DNA of 64,000 nucleotides from Bacilli bacterium. Lineage in GTDB: Bacteria > Bacillota_I > Bacilli_A > RFN20 > CAG-826. Every line of letters starts with the position of its first letter. The first letter of the stretch is position 1. Location: assembly GCA_045598525.1 (NCBI GenBank), contig JAZLMH010000023.1:81201-145200 (forward strand), read 5' to 3'. The notes under the pieces were generated by a model, which was not told where the DNA came from, ran no database searches, and saw only the letters and a list, made by a program, of their open reading frames with translations. Made by a program: the position numbers and the translations under genes. Below, piece after piece: positions 53,307 to 62,233 of the stretch.

Positions 53307-55805
53307 ATGGCACTTAAACACGAGGATCTCATTTCTCAGCTTACCCTTGAAGAGAAAGTATCTTTATTAAGCGGTAAGGATTTCTGGCAAACAATGAATA
53401 TTGATCGAATTGGTTTGCCATCGGCTTTCTTGTCTGACGGCCCTTCTGGGTTAAGAAAGCAGGCCGCGGCAGCAGACAACCTTGGTCTTAACCCGTCTGT
53501 TCCTGCTACATGTTTCCCAAGCAGCGCAACGACAGCCAATTCATGGAATCCAGAAATGGCATATCTCATGGGTAAGGTCATTGGTGAAGAAGCGGCATCA
53601 CATCAAGTCTCAATGCTTTTAGGCCCAGGCTTAAACATGAAGAGAAACCCAATGTGTGGTCGTAACTTTGAGTATTTTGCTGAAGATCCATATCTAGCAG
53701 GCAAAATGGCAGGACAATATGTCGCTGGTGTCCAGTCAAATGGCATTGCATCCTGTGTTAAACACTTTGCTGCAAACAACCAAGAAACAAAACGCATGGC
53801 AACAGATTCTGTTATCGATGAAAGGGCCTTGCGTGAAATATATTTGACTGGTTTCGAAATCGCTATTAAAGAAGGAAACGCAAAAGCGGTCATGTCCTCA
53901 TACAACAAATTAAATGGTACGTATACCAACGAAAACAAACACCTCCTCGTTGATATCCTCCGTAATGAATGGGGATATAACGGCGTTGTTGTTACAGACT
54001 GGGGCGGAGAAAATGACCGTTGCGAAGGTTTAAAAGCATCAAACGAACTTGAAATGCCATCTACTGGCGGAGAAACAAACATTGATGTTTATAATGCAGT
54101 TAAAGAAGGAAAACTCGAAGAACATTACATTGATGAAGCAATCGATCGCTTAATGGATTTTGTTCTTGACTGCGCTGAAGCTCTCAAAGAAAAGCAACCA
54201 GGCTTTGACAAAGATGAACACCACGCCGCAGCCCTCGCTGTTGCCAGAGAAACCGTTGTTCTTTTGAAGAACGAAAACAACATTCTTCCATTAAAGCAAG
54301 GAACCAAGGTTGCACTTATTGGTGATTTTGCAGAAAAACCACGCTACCAAGGCGCAGGCTCAAGTATTGTTAATCCATTAAAAGTTGAGACGGCTCTTGA
54401 ATGCTCAAAAGAAGAAGAGTTTGGTCTCGAAATCCTTGGCTACGAACCAGGCTTCAAGAGATTTGGTAAAAAGAGCAAAGGCCTCATCAAAAAGGCCAAT
54501 AAGTTGGCACAAAAAGCGGATGTTGCCGTCCTCTTTGTTGGTCTTGATGAATTTAGCGAAAGTGAAGGCTTAGATCGTAACACTTTATCAATTCCACAGA
54601 ACCAGCTCGATTTGATTGAAGAACTTTCAAAAGGCAAGACACCTATCGTTGTTGTTTTAAGCGCAGGTTCGCCAATTGAATTGCCTTTCACAGACAAAGT
54701 TGCAGGCGTTTTACATGGTTATCTCGGTGGGGAAGCTGGCGCCCGCGCAACTCTTGAAGTTCTTACTGGTAAGGTTAATCCATCAGGAAAACTTTCAGAA
54801 ACACTTCCTGTTTCATACGCAGATTGCCCAAGTGCAGATACATTCGGTGATGGCAAAGCTGATTTTGTTGAATACCGTGAATCAGTCTTTATTGGCTACC
54901 GTTATTACCTTACCGCTGGAGTAGAGACAAAATATCCATTTGGATACGGTCTTTCATACACGACATTTGAATATTACGACCTTAGAGTCAATGAAGACGG
55001 GGCTACATTTAGAATTAAAAACACTGGATCAGTTCCTGGAAAAGAAGTTGCCCAGATGTATATTGGTTTAAAAGACAGCATTGTTTTTAGACCTTCGCAC
55101 GAATTAAAAGGATTCACCAAGGTTTATCTTGAACCAGGCGAAGAAAAAGAAATCACAATCCCGTTCGATGAATATAGCTTCCGTTACTTCAACGTTGAAT
55201 CAAATAAGTGGGAAGTTGAAACTGGAGATTATGACATTTATGTCGGTCCATCAAGCGCTGAATTACCTCTTGTTGCTAAACTCCACAAAGTAGGCACAGA
55301 AGCACCTGCTCCATATGACAAAGAAAAATTTGCTCCTTATTTCTCTGGACAAGTTAGACACATCGAACCAGAAATGTTCACTTCTTTAATTGGTCGTAAG
55401 CTCGTCTCTGAAAGAGTTTATGTCAAGAAAAACAGAATGGTTGTCACTCCTTTAACCGCTGTTTCAGATATGAAATACGCAAAAGGTTGGGCAGGCCGTT
55501 TCTTTGAACGTGTGCTTCGACATATCATTAAGCTCTTCCCACACATTGGTCAAAGAGCCCTTGCAAACACAATGACAATGGGCGTCTATTACACCCCACT
55601 TAGAAATATGTCCCGTGCTTCAGGCGGCATCTTAAGTTGGTCAGAACTCCAAGGATTAATCACTATGTTTAATGGTCACTTCTGGAAAGGCTTAGGCGAG
55701 TTCATGAGAGCTGGCAAGGCTAAGAAGAAGGCCAAAAAAGCAAAAGAAAAAGAGCAGAAACAGAAAAATAAATCTGCAGAAGCTAGTCCAGAACAGCCTA
55801 AGTAA
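53307..55805 (+). CDS. Glycoside hydrolase family 3 (beta-glucosidase-like), cytoplasmic, with a C-terminal extension and Lys-rich tail
   Basis: LTLEEKVSLLSG, KHFAANNQE, nucleophile region GVVVTDWGG, FnIII-like domain. No signal peptide. Confidence 0.9.
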   Translation: MALKHEDLISQLTLEEKVSLLSGKDFWQTMNIDRIGLPSAFLSDGPSGLRKQAAAADNLGLNPSVPATCFPSSATTANSWNPEMAYLMGKVIGEEAASHQVSMLLGPGLNMKRNPMCGRNFEYFAEDPYLAGKMAGQYVAGVQSNGIASCVKHFAANNQETKRMATDSVIDERALREIYLTGFEIAIKEGNAKAVMSSYNKLNGTYTNENKHLLVDILRNEWGYNGVVVTDWGGENDRCEGLKASNELEMPSTGGETNIDVYNAVKEGKLEEHYIDEAIDRLMDFVLDCAEALKEKQPGFDKDEHHAAALAVARETVVLLKNENNILPLKQGTKVALIGDFAEKPRYQGAGSSIVNPLKVETALECSKEEEFGLEILGYEPGFKRFGKKSKGLIKKANKLAQKADVAVLFVGLDEFSESEGLDRNTLSIPQNQLDLIEELSKGKTPIVVVLSAGSPIELPFTDKVAGVLHGYLGGEAGARATLEVLTGKVNPSGKLSETLPVSYADCPSADTFGDGKADFVEYRESVFIGYRYYLTAGVETKYPFGYGLSYTTFEYYDLRVNEDGATFRIKNTGSVPGKEVAQMYIGLKDSIVFRPSHELKGFTKVYLEPGEEKEITIPFDEYSFRYFNVESNKWEVETGDYDIYVGPSSAELPLVAKLHKVGTEAPAPYDKEKFAPYFSGQVRHIEPEMFTSLIGRKLVSERVYVKKNRMVVTPLTAVSDMKYAKGWAGRFFERVLRHIIKLFPHIGQRALANTMTMGVYYTPLRNMSRASGGILSWSELQGLITMFNGHFWKGLGEFMRAGKAKKKAKKAKEKEQKQKNKSAEASPEQPK

Positions 55806-55887
55806 GACTCGATAAAACCTATACTTTATCTTTATTACTTTTAAGTAATTGTTTTCAGTGTATAATTTTGTTTGCTTCGGTTTGAAG

Positions 55888-55893
55888 TATAAT
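55888..55893 (+). promoter_or_regulatory. -10 hexamer placed for a leaderless GT2 transcript
   Basis: TATAAT at 55888-55893, acgatt (6 nt), ATG 55900. No SD. A second TATAAT lies at 55861-55866. Confidence 0.35.
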
Positions 55894-55899
55894 ACGATT

Positions 55900-56925
55900 A
55901 TGGAACAGAAACAGAAACTTATTACAGTTTGCATTCCTGCATATAATAGCGAGCCGTTTTTGCATTACGCAGTTGATTCTTTGATTCCTTTCGGTGAAGA
56001 CATCGAAGTCATCATTATTGACGATGGATCAAAAGACGGAACGGGAGCTATTGCAGATAAATACCAAGAAGAACACCCTGATTTTATCAAAGCTGTTCAC
56101 CAACCAAACGGAGGTCACGGCGAAGGTATAAACCACGGTATTGAATTGGCAACAGGCGTCTACTATAAAGTCCTTGATAGCGATGATTGGGTAGATCACG
56201 ATGGCTTCAAAGCACTTCTTGACGATATTAAGGAAAACGGAACAAAACCAGATTTATATCTTGCTAATTACACATATTGGCAAGGAAGAGAGAACCGCGA
56301 TAAGACAATTGATTTTGCTTATCTTTTTAAAGGAAAAAACAAGAAGATTGCAAAAGGCGGTTCTTGGGCCGAACTCAAAAACTTCAAGTGGACAGGCAAC
56401 CTTACACTTCACTCATCGATGTATAAGACAGAGATTCTTAGACAGAGCGGAGTTCATTGCCCAGCACACGTATCATATGAGGACAATTACTTCATCTACG
56501 CGTCGCTCCACCTTGTTAAGTATGTTCGCTACGTTCCGGTCTCAGTCTATCAGTATTTAATTGGCAGAGATGGACAATCCATGCAGAACGCAACACTTCT
56601 TAGAAAGTACAAAGACTTCATCACAGATGGGAAACTCATCTTTGATGCAATCGACGTATTTGCTATTGAAGACAAAAAGACACGCAAGGTTGTTAAACAC
56701 CACTTCATCATGAATATGACACTTACCGTTCTCTATGGTAAGCTCCGTGGCGACAAGGAAGGCAAGGAAGCAGTCAAAGAATTCTGGAAATACGCTTACG
56801 CTAAGAATAAGCGTTTAGCTAAGTATGCTAGACACCATTACATCGTCAACTACTGCATGCTCCCAGGAAACTTCTTCCAAAAAATTGCATTCTGGATTGG
56901 CCATAAAGTTGTCAAATTCAACTAA
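55900..56925 (+). CDS. Family 2 glycosyltransferase
   Basis: ITVCIPAYNSEPFL, IIIDDGSKDGT, YKVLDSDDW (DxD). Start set to ATG 55900 (MEQKQK). Confidence 0.88.
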   Translation: MEQKQKLITVCIPAYNSEPFLHYAVDSLIPFGEDIEVIIIDDGSKDGTGAIADKYQEEHPDFIKAVHQPNGGHGEGINHGIELATGVYYKVLDSDDWVDHDGFKALLDDIKENGTKPDLYLANYTYWQGRENRDKTIDFAYLFKGKNKKIAKGGSWAELKNFKWTGNLTLHSSMYKTEILRQSGVHCPAHVSYEDNYFIYASLHLVKYVRYVPVSVYQYLIGRDGQSMQNATLLRKYKDFITDGKLIFDAIDVFAIEDKKTRKVVKHHFIMNMTLTVLYGKLRGDKEGKEAVKEFWKYAYAKNKRLAKYARHHYIVNYCMLPGNFFQKIAFWIGHKVVKFN

Positions 56926-56936
56926 AATCTCCAGCA

Positions 56937-56969
56937 AAAACCGCATAAAACATATGCGGTTTTATTTTT
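56937..56969 (+). terminator. Rho-independent terminator after the GT2 gene
   Basis: AAAACCGCATA-loop-TATGCGGTTTT followed by ATTTTT. Confidence 0.8.
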
Positions 56970-57054
56970 GATAGGAAAAACTAAAAAAATTAAGTAATTT
57001 TTTGAAACAAAAAATTAACACTAATACGCGCATAAAGTGTATCATTGTGTCATT

Positions 57055-59673
57055 ATGAAACTAGATCAGAAACAAACTCCGTTTGTAACAGCATTACAAA
57101 AGTACATTTCAAAAGAGGTTGCGCCTTTTGATGTTCCTGGACACCACATGGGAAATTCTTATAACGCAGCAGCAGAAGTAATTGGTCATGACGCTTTCGT
57201 GTCTGACGTTAACGCTCCTGTTGGTTTAGACAATCTTGCAAAGCCTATGGGCGTCTTAGCAGAAGCTCAAGCTTTATTGGCAGATGCATGCAACGCTGAC
57301 CAAGCGTTCTTCCTCATTAATGGAACATCTGGCGGTATCATTGCAATGATCATGGCTGCCGTAAAAGCTGGTGAGAAGATTATCTTGCCTAGAAATGTTC
57401 ATAAGTCTGTTATCAATGCTGTTATTCTTTCTGGTGCTGTTCCTGTTTACGTCATGCCTCAAATTGATGATGACTTAGAGATTGCTAACCAGCCAAAACT
57501 AGAGGATTGGAAAAGGGCAATTATTAGAAATTCATCAGCCAAGGCTATTTTTGTTATCAACCCAACATACTTTGGCGCAGTTGGAGAGCTTAAAGAGCTT
57601 GTAGAATTTGCCCATTCTAGAGGTGTGGCTGTTCTTGCAGATGAAGCCCATGGGGCACATTTCTATTTCCATACCGAAGGTCAGCCTATGACCGCGATGG
57701 ACGCAGGTGCAGACATGTCTGCAGTCTCGTTCCATAAGACAGCCGGCTCATTAACTCAATCAAGCGCCCTTCTCCTAAAAGAAGGCATATATAAGAGAGA
57801 AGAAGTTGCTATAGCGCTTAATATCATTAACTCCACATCTCCATCGTCATTGCTTATGGCCTCCGTTGATGGCGCTCGTGCCTTTATGGCCTCCAAGAAG
57901 GGCCAATTAGCGATGGTAAACGCTTATAAACTTGCAGAATATGCCAGAAAGAAAATCGACGCTATTCAAGGCTTTAGCATAGTTGGCAAGAAAACTTTCG
58001 TTGAAAGAGGTGCTTACGATTATGACGAAAGTAAGCTTGTTATTGCTATTGATCAATTAGATATCGACGGATATGACTTATATCTCGTGCTCAAAAATGA
58101 TTACGATGTGCAAGTGGAACTCGCAGAAACATATGAGATTCTTTGTATCGTCGCAATCGGCACGACAAAGAGACACATCGACATGCTTATAGATGCTTTG
58201 AAGGACGTTTCATCAAAGCATTACCGCAAGAACGTGGTATATGAAGATCATCATTTTGATAGTCGTTTCCCATACATGGTCGTTAGGCCACGTGTCGCCT
58301 ATAACGCTCCAAGAAAAGTCGTTTCTCTTGAGAAATTAGACGGAACCATCTCTAGAGAACAGATAATGATGTATCCACCTGGAATTCCCCTTATTGTACC
58401 TGGCGAAGTCTGGAATAAAGACTTAATTAAACGTGTTCAGTTCTTTGAAGAGCACAAACAAGAAGGCGTCAAACTTCTCAGAGCATACAAGAATGGCTTT
58501 GAAGTTATTGATGTTGAGAAGTGGCGCCGTTATTCGGTTTACGAAAGAAAACTTCAAGACTATTTCCGTAATAAGAAAACAACCCCAATTGACGATGGTT
58601 ATTATCTTCCATTCGAAGGCGAGAAACACGACGGAACAATTCTTCTTCTCCCATATCGTTTAGATACTTGGAGAAACAAAGCTAAGCCTGCTCAGAAAGC
58701 ATATAAAGATGTCATTAAAGCAATTGCTAAGCACGAGAAGGTTTATGTTGGCATCCACCCAAAGATGTGGGACGAACTCGCTCCAGAATATGAAGAGATG
58801 AACAACGTCGAGCCAATCAAGATTCGTTATAACGACGCTTGGGCAAGAGATAACATGCCTTTATTTGTCCGCAAAGGAAAAGATGTGAGAACGGTTGATT
58901 TCCGTTTCAACGCCTGGGGTGGAGAGGTTGATGGCTTATATAGTAACTGGAAAGACGACGACAAAGCATCGGCAGCAATGTCTAGAAAGCTTCAACTCTC
59001 ATCATATTATGTCCAGAACTTTGTTCTTGAGGGCGGCTCTATTGCAGTAGATGGTGAAGGAACATTAATTACTACTGAAGCGTGCCTTCTTTCTAAAGGT
59101 CGCAACCCATCGATGAGCAAGACCGAGATTGAGGAAGAGCTTTGCGAATATCTTGGTGTAGAAAAGATTATTTGGCTTCCAAACGGTATCGTTGATGATG
59201 AGACAAATGAACATATAGACAACATGCTTTCGTTTGTTAGACCGGGAGAAGTTGTGCTTGCTTGGACGGATGATAAAAACGATCCTCAATATGAGAATTG
59301 CCAAAAGGCTCTTCGCGTATTAAAGAAACAAAAAGACGCTAAAGGAAGAGAACTCATAGTTCACAAAATGAAAATACCTTCTCCGTTATATTTAAACGAA
59401 GAACAGGTTGAATCATTGGTTAACAATAAGACCACTCTTGATAAGAGAGAGGTTGGACGTCGCTTAGCCGCTTCATATGTTAATTATTACCAAGGAAAGG
59501 ATTTCATCATCCTTCCTGCCTTCGGCGTCAAAGAAGACGCATTGGCGCTTGAGAAGATGAAAGAGCTCTATCCAAATAAGACAATCCACCAAATAAACTC
59601 ATTGGAAATTTTACTTGGTGGAGGAAATATTCACTGTATCACCATGCAGATACCTTCAAAGGAGGAAAAATAA
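57055..59673 (+). CDS. Fusion protein: Orn/Lys/Arg decarboxylase (SpeA-type, fold I PLP) plus agmatine deiminase (AguA)
   Basis: N-terminus: FDVPGHHMGN, PLP lysine SFHKTAGSLTQSS. Junction near nt ~58570. C-terminus: YYLPFEGEKHDGTILLLPYRLDTW ... GGGNIHCITMQIP, the agmatine deiminase catalytic Cys motif. Confidence 0.88.
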   Translation: MKLDQKQTPFVTALQKYISKEVAPFDVPGHHMGNSYNAAAEVIGHDAFVSDVNAPVGLDNLAKPMGVLAEAQALLADACNADQAFFLINGTSGGIIAMIMAAVKAGEKIILPRNVHKSVINAVILSGAVPVYVMPQIDDDLEIANQPKLEDWKRAIIRNSSAKAIFVINPTYFGAVGELKELVEFAHSRGVAVLADEAHGAHFYFHTEGQPMTAMDAGADMSAVSFHKTAGSLTQSSALLLKEGIYKREEVAIALNIINSTSPSSLLMASVDGARAFMASKKGQLAMVNAYKLAEYARKKIDAIQGFSIVGKKTFVERGAYDYDESKLVIAIDQLDIDGYDLYLVLKNDYDVQVELAETYEILCIVAIGTTKRHIDMLIDALKDVSSKHYRKNVVYEDHHFDSRFPYMVVRPRVAYNAPRKVVSLEKLDGTISREQIMMYPPGIPLIVPGEVWNKDLIKRVQFFEEHKQEGVKLLRAYKNGFEVIDVEKWRRYSVYERKLQDYFRNKKTTPIDDGYYLPFEGEKHDGTILLLPYRLDTWRNKAKPAQKAYKDVIKAIAKHEKVYVGIHPKMWDELAPEYEEMNNVEPIKIRYNDAWARDNMPLFVRKGKDVRTVDFRFNAWGGEVDGLYSNWKDDDKASAAMSRKLQLSSYYVQNFVLEGGSIAVDGEGTLITTEACLLSKGRNPSMSKTEIEEELCEYLGVEKIIWLPNGIVDDETNEHIDNMLSFVRPGEVVLAWTDDKNDPQYENCQKALRVLKKQKDAKGRELIVHKMKIPSPLYLNEEQVESLVNNKTTLDKREVGRRLAASYVNYYQGKDFIILPAFGVKEDALALEKMKELYPNKTIHQINSLEILLGGGNIHCITMQIPSKEEK

Positions 59674-60543
59674 ATGAAAATCAAAGTTGCTGTTGCCCAA
59701 TTCTCAATGGCCGATGACTATGAGAAAAACATCAAAAAAGCTGACGAAGCAATAAAAACCGCTAGCAAAAACGGCGTAGATTTGCTTTTGCTCCCTGAAT
59801 TATTTGAAGGTTTATATTTCTGTCAGATCGAAAATTATGATTTCTTCGAGTTGGCAGAAGATGCAGCAAATTCAAAAACAATCAAGCATTTCCAAGAGAT
59901 GGCTAAAAAGCATAACATCGTTCTTCCAATCTCTTTCTTTGAGAAAGCAGGCAACTGCCATTTCAACTCCATGGCAGTAATCGATAAAGATGGTACAGTA
60001 GTGGACATCTACCGCAAGAGTCATATTCCTACAGGCGAATGCTATGAGGAAAAGTTCTATTTCACCCCAGGCGATACTGGGTTCAAAGTATTTGACACCA
60101 GGGCTGGTAAGATCGGTGTTGCTATTTGTTGGGATCAGTGGTTCCCAGAAACGGCCAGGATAATGGCCCTTAAAGGCGCAGAAATTCTTCTATTCCCAAC
60201 TGCTATTGGATCAGAGCCGGTTCTTCCTACGGACTCAAAAACTCATTGGCAGAACACCATGAGAGGACACGCGGCCGCTAATATCATGCCGCTTATGGCA
60301 GCCAACCGCGTTGGAACCGAGAGCCTTGGCAACTCAAGCATGACATTCTATGGTTCCTCCTTTATCGCAGACCAGCACGGTGAAAAGGTAACCGAAATGG
60401 ATCGCGTTGAAGAAGGCTTAAGATATGCCGAATTTGATTTAACAGAAATCGCTAAAGAACGTTATGGTTGGGGCGTATATCGTGACCGCAGAACAGATCT
60501 TTATGGAGATTTGCTTAAACACGATGCATCAACCAAAAAGTAG
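59674..60543 (+). CDS. aguB: N-carbamoylputrescine amidase (CN-hydrolase)
   Basis: Glu-Lys-Cys triad context: LLLPELF, YRKSHIP, VAICWDQWFPE. ATG abuts the upstream TAA. Confidence 0.9.
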   Translation: MKIKVAVAQFSMADDYEKNIKKADEAIKTASKNGVDLLLLPELFEGLYFCQIENYDFFELAEDAANSKTIKHFQEMAKKHNIVLPISFFEKAGNCHFNSMAVIDKDGTVVDIYRKSHIPTGECYEEKFYFTPGDTGFKVFDTRAGKIGVAICWDQWFPETARIMALKGAEILLFPTAIGSEPVLPTDSKTHWQNTMRGHAAANIMPLMAANRVGTESLGNSSMTFYGSSFIADQHGEKVTEMDRVEEGLRYAEFDLTEIAKERYGWGVYRDRRTDLYGDLLKHDASTKK

Positions 60544-60602
60544 ACAAAGAATTTTTAGTAGATATAATAGTGCTTCTCATAAATGAGAAAGGTGATTAAT
60601 TA

Positions 60603-61208
60603 ATGAATTGGATTGGTTATTCGATAATCTATGGCGTTGCCCTTGCAATGGATTGCTTAGCTCTTTCTATCGTTGATGGCTTGGTTTATGCCAAAGAAAA
60701 GAAAAGAAAGTTTTTCCTTATAGCTGCCTTCTTTGGGTTGTTCCAAGGATTATTCCCTCTTATCGGTTTTTTACTTGGCACAGCGTTCTCGCAGTGGATT
60801 GATAAAATTGATCACTGGATCGGCTTTGGCCTCTTGTTGTTTATTGGCGGAAAAATGGTTTATGAAGGAATCAAAGCCGTTGTTAAAAAAGATGAAGAAG
60901 AGAAGGAAGAATCGAAGCCTCTTACATTGAAGACTATCATTCTTCAATCTATTGCGGACAGCATCGATGCGTTTGCAATCGGCATAACCATCAAAGCGTT
61001 CATTCACTTGCCAGAAACAGCCGTTGGCTATGAGGTTTATGTCTCTTTCGCAATAATAGCGATTGTTACATTTGTAATCTCTCTTGGCGGATTGTTTGGT
61101 GGAAAGTTTATTAACAAAATACTTAAAGGAAAATCAGAGGCAACAAATATTCTTGGGGGCGCCGTTCTTATTACACTTGGCATCCTCTTGTTGATTGAGG
61201 GTCTTTAA
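60603..61208 (+). CDS. mntP: Manganese efflux pump MntP
   Basis: Two DUF204 repeats: ALAMDCLALSIVDG and ADSIDAFAIGITI. 6 TM. Confidence 0.85.
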   Translation: MNWIGYSIIYGVALAMDCLALSIVDGLVYAKEKKRKFFLIAAFFGLFQGLFPLIGFLLGTAFSQWIDKIDHWIGFGLLLFIGGKMVYEGIKAVVKKDEEEKEESKPLTLKTIILQSIADSIDAFAIGITIKAFIHLPETAVGYEVYVSFAIIAIVTFVISLGGLFGGKFINKILKGKSEATNILGGAVLITLGILLLIEGL

Positions 61209-61222
61209 AGACATTGCCTAAC

Positions 61223-61249
61223 AAAAAGCAGGGAAATCCCTGCTTTTTT
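61223..61249. terminator. Bidirectional rho-independent terminator
   Basis: aaaaaGCAGGG-aaat-CCCTGCttttt. Overlaps the stop codon of the minus-strand gene. Confidence 0.8.
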
Positions 61250-62111
61250 AATCGTTAAAGCTCATTGTTGTGTACCAGCTTTTTGAAATAGCCATTAAGT
61301 TGCTTTCGTGGTCATTATTGCTGAATACGTCATACATGAATTCAAGAAGTGTGAATATAGCATCTAGTTGTTGATCTTTTTCTAGGTTAAGGAATTTATC
61401 TGTTTTCTTAACCTCATTCGTATCTTTATCAACAACCACTCGTTTATATTTGGTTTTTGTTCCGTGATAGCCTGTTGTCTGCAAATTAATTAAATACAGA
61501 ATGTGAGTTAATCTTTCCTTGTCTTTTAACTCAGGTATTCTCTTGTAATAATCTTTTGGAAATTTGTAAGCGCCGCTAGCTAGTTTGACCAAATATTTAG
61601 ATGCGCTGTCTTCAGGTTTGTTTAGGATTTCCTTTAGCATTTTTTCAAGTAACGAAACAATGTTGTCCCTGAAAACGTATGTGAAGAAGTCCATATCTTC
61701 TGCATAGCCTTTTTGAATTAATGCCGCTATTTCTATGACGTTGTCTAGCCCATTGATGAAGCGCAATGCTAAAGAATTAAACATCGAGTAAGGGAAATTC
61801 AAAGCCTTGATGTTTCTAATGAGGTTTTGTCTTTCAGAAGAGAATGTCTTTATTAATTTTTCACCGCTAAGATCTAGGAGCTGGTTTTGAAGAGTTTTAT
61901 TCTCCCTTTCTTGGCTGTTTATTATTTTCTTAAGACGATTTTGTTCGCCTTTCCCTTCGCCGGCATCATATAGCTGTTTTCTGAGTTTTTTAATTTCTTC
62001 TTCGGAGTTTTTAAGTTTGGTCGTTAAAGAATTGATTTGAAGATCTTTCTGCCTCAAATCATTTTCATACTTCTCCTTGATTTTATTAAACTTATCGTAT
62101 GTTCCGGCCAT
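61248..62111 (-). CDS. Hypothetical protein: N-terminal coiled coil (about 90 aa) plus an unrecognised globular domain of about 190 aa
   Basis: Heptad-rich KIKEKYENDLRQKDLQINSLTTKLKNSEEEIKKLRKQL. No TM segment. No motif I can place. Opposite strand to both neighbours. Confidence 0.6.
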   Translation of the reverse strand: MAGTYDKFNKIKEKYENDLRQKDLQINSLTTKLKNSEEEIKKLRKQLYDAGEGKGEQNRLKKIINSQERENKTLQNQLLDLSGEKLIKTFSSERQNLIRNIKALNFPYSMFNSLALRFINGLDNVIEIAALIQKGYAEDMDFFTYVFRDNIVSLLEKMLKEILNKPEDSASKYLVKLASGAYKFPKDYYKRIPELKDKERLTHILYLINLQTTGYHGTKTKYKRVVVDKDTNEVKKTDKFLNLEKDQQLDAIFTLLEFMYDVFSNNDHESNLMAISKSWYTTMSFND

Positions 62112-62126
62112 ACTTCCATATTATCA
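62112..62126 (-). promoter_or_regulatory. Extended -10 placed for a leaderless transcript
   Basis: Minus strand: TGaTAATAT (62126->62118), ggaagt (6 nt), ATG 62111. Confidence 0.45.
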
Positions 62127-62146
62127 ACATCTAGGTTTTATAAAAA

Positions 62147-62177
62147 GCCCCTCTTCGGTTTGAGAGGCGTCTTTTTT
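62147..62177. other. Orphan terminator-like hairpin in a divergent intergenic region
   Basis: GCCCCTC-ttcggttt-GAGAGGC (one mismatch), flanked by aaaaa and tttttt. No gene ends here on either strand. Confidence 0.35.
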
Positions 62178-62217
62178 GAGACAATTATTCAAATGTATGT
62201 ATATCAAAATCTCATTT

Positions 62218-62226
62218 TGATAAGAT
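62218..62226 (+). promoter_or_regulatory. Extended -10 placed for a leaderless transcript
   Basis: TGaTAAGAT at 62218-62226, aaagagt (7 nt), ATG 62234. Confidence 0.4.
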
Positions 62227-62233
62227 AAAGAGT

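Noticed and set aside
53603-54082. A 159-aa minus-strand ORF, plus other antisense ORFs inside the GH3 gene.
   Set aside because: They overlap a GH3 gene with catalytic motifs and have no independent signals.
60544-60602. A yybP-ykoY manganese riboswitch upstream of mntP.
   Set aside because: The spacer is only 59 nt and holds a single small hairpin (CTTCTCataaatGAGAAG). The riboswitch needs about 100 nt or more with a conserved four-way junction.
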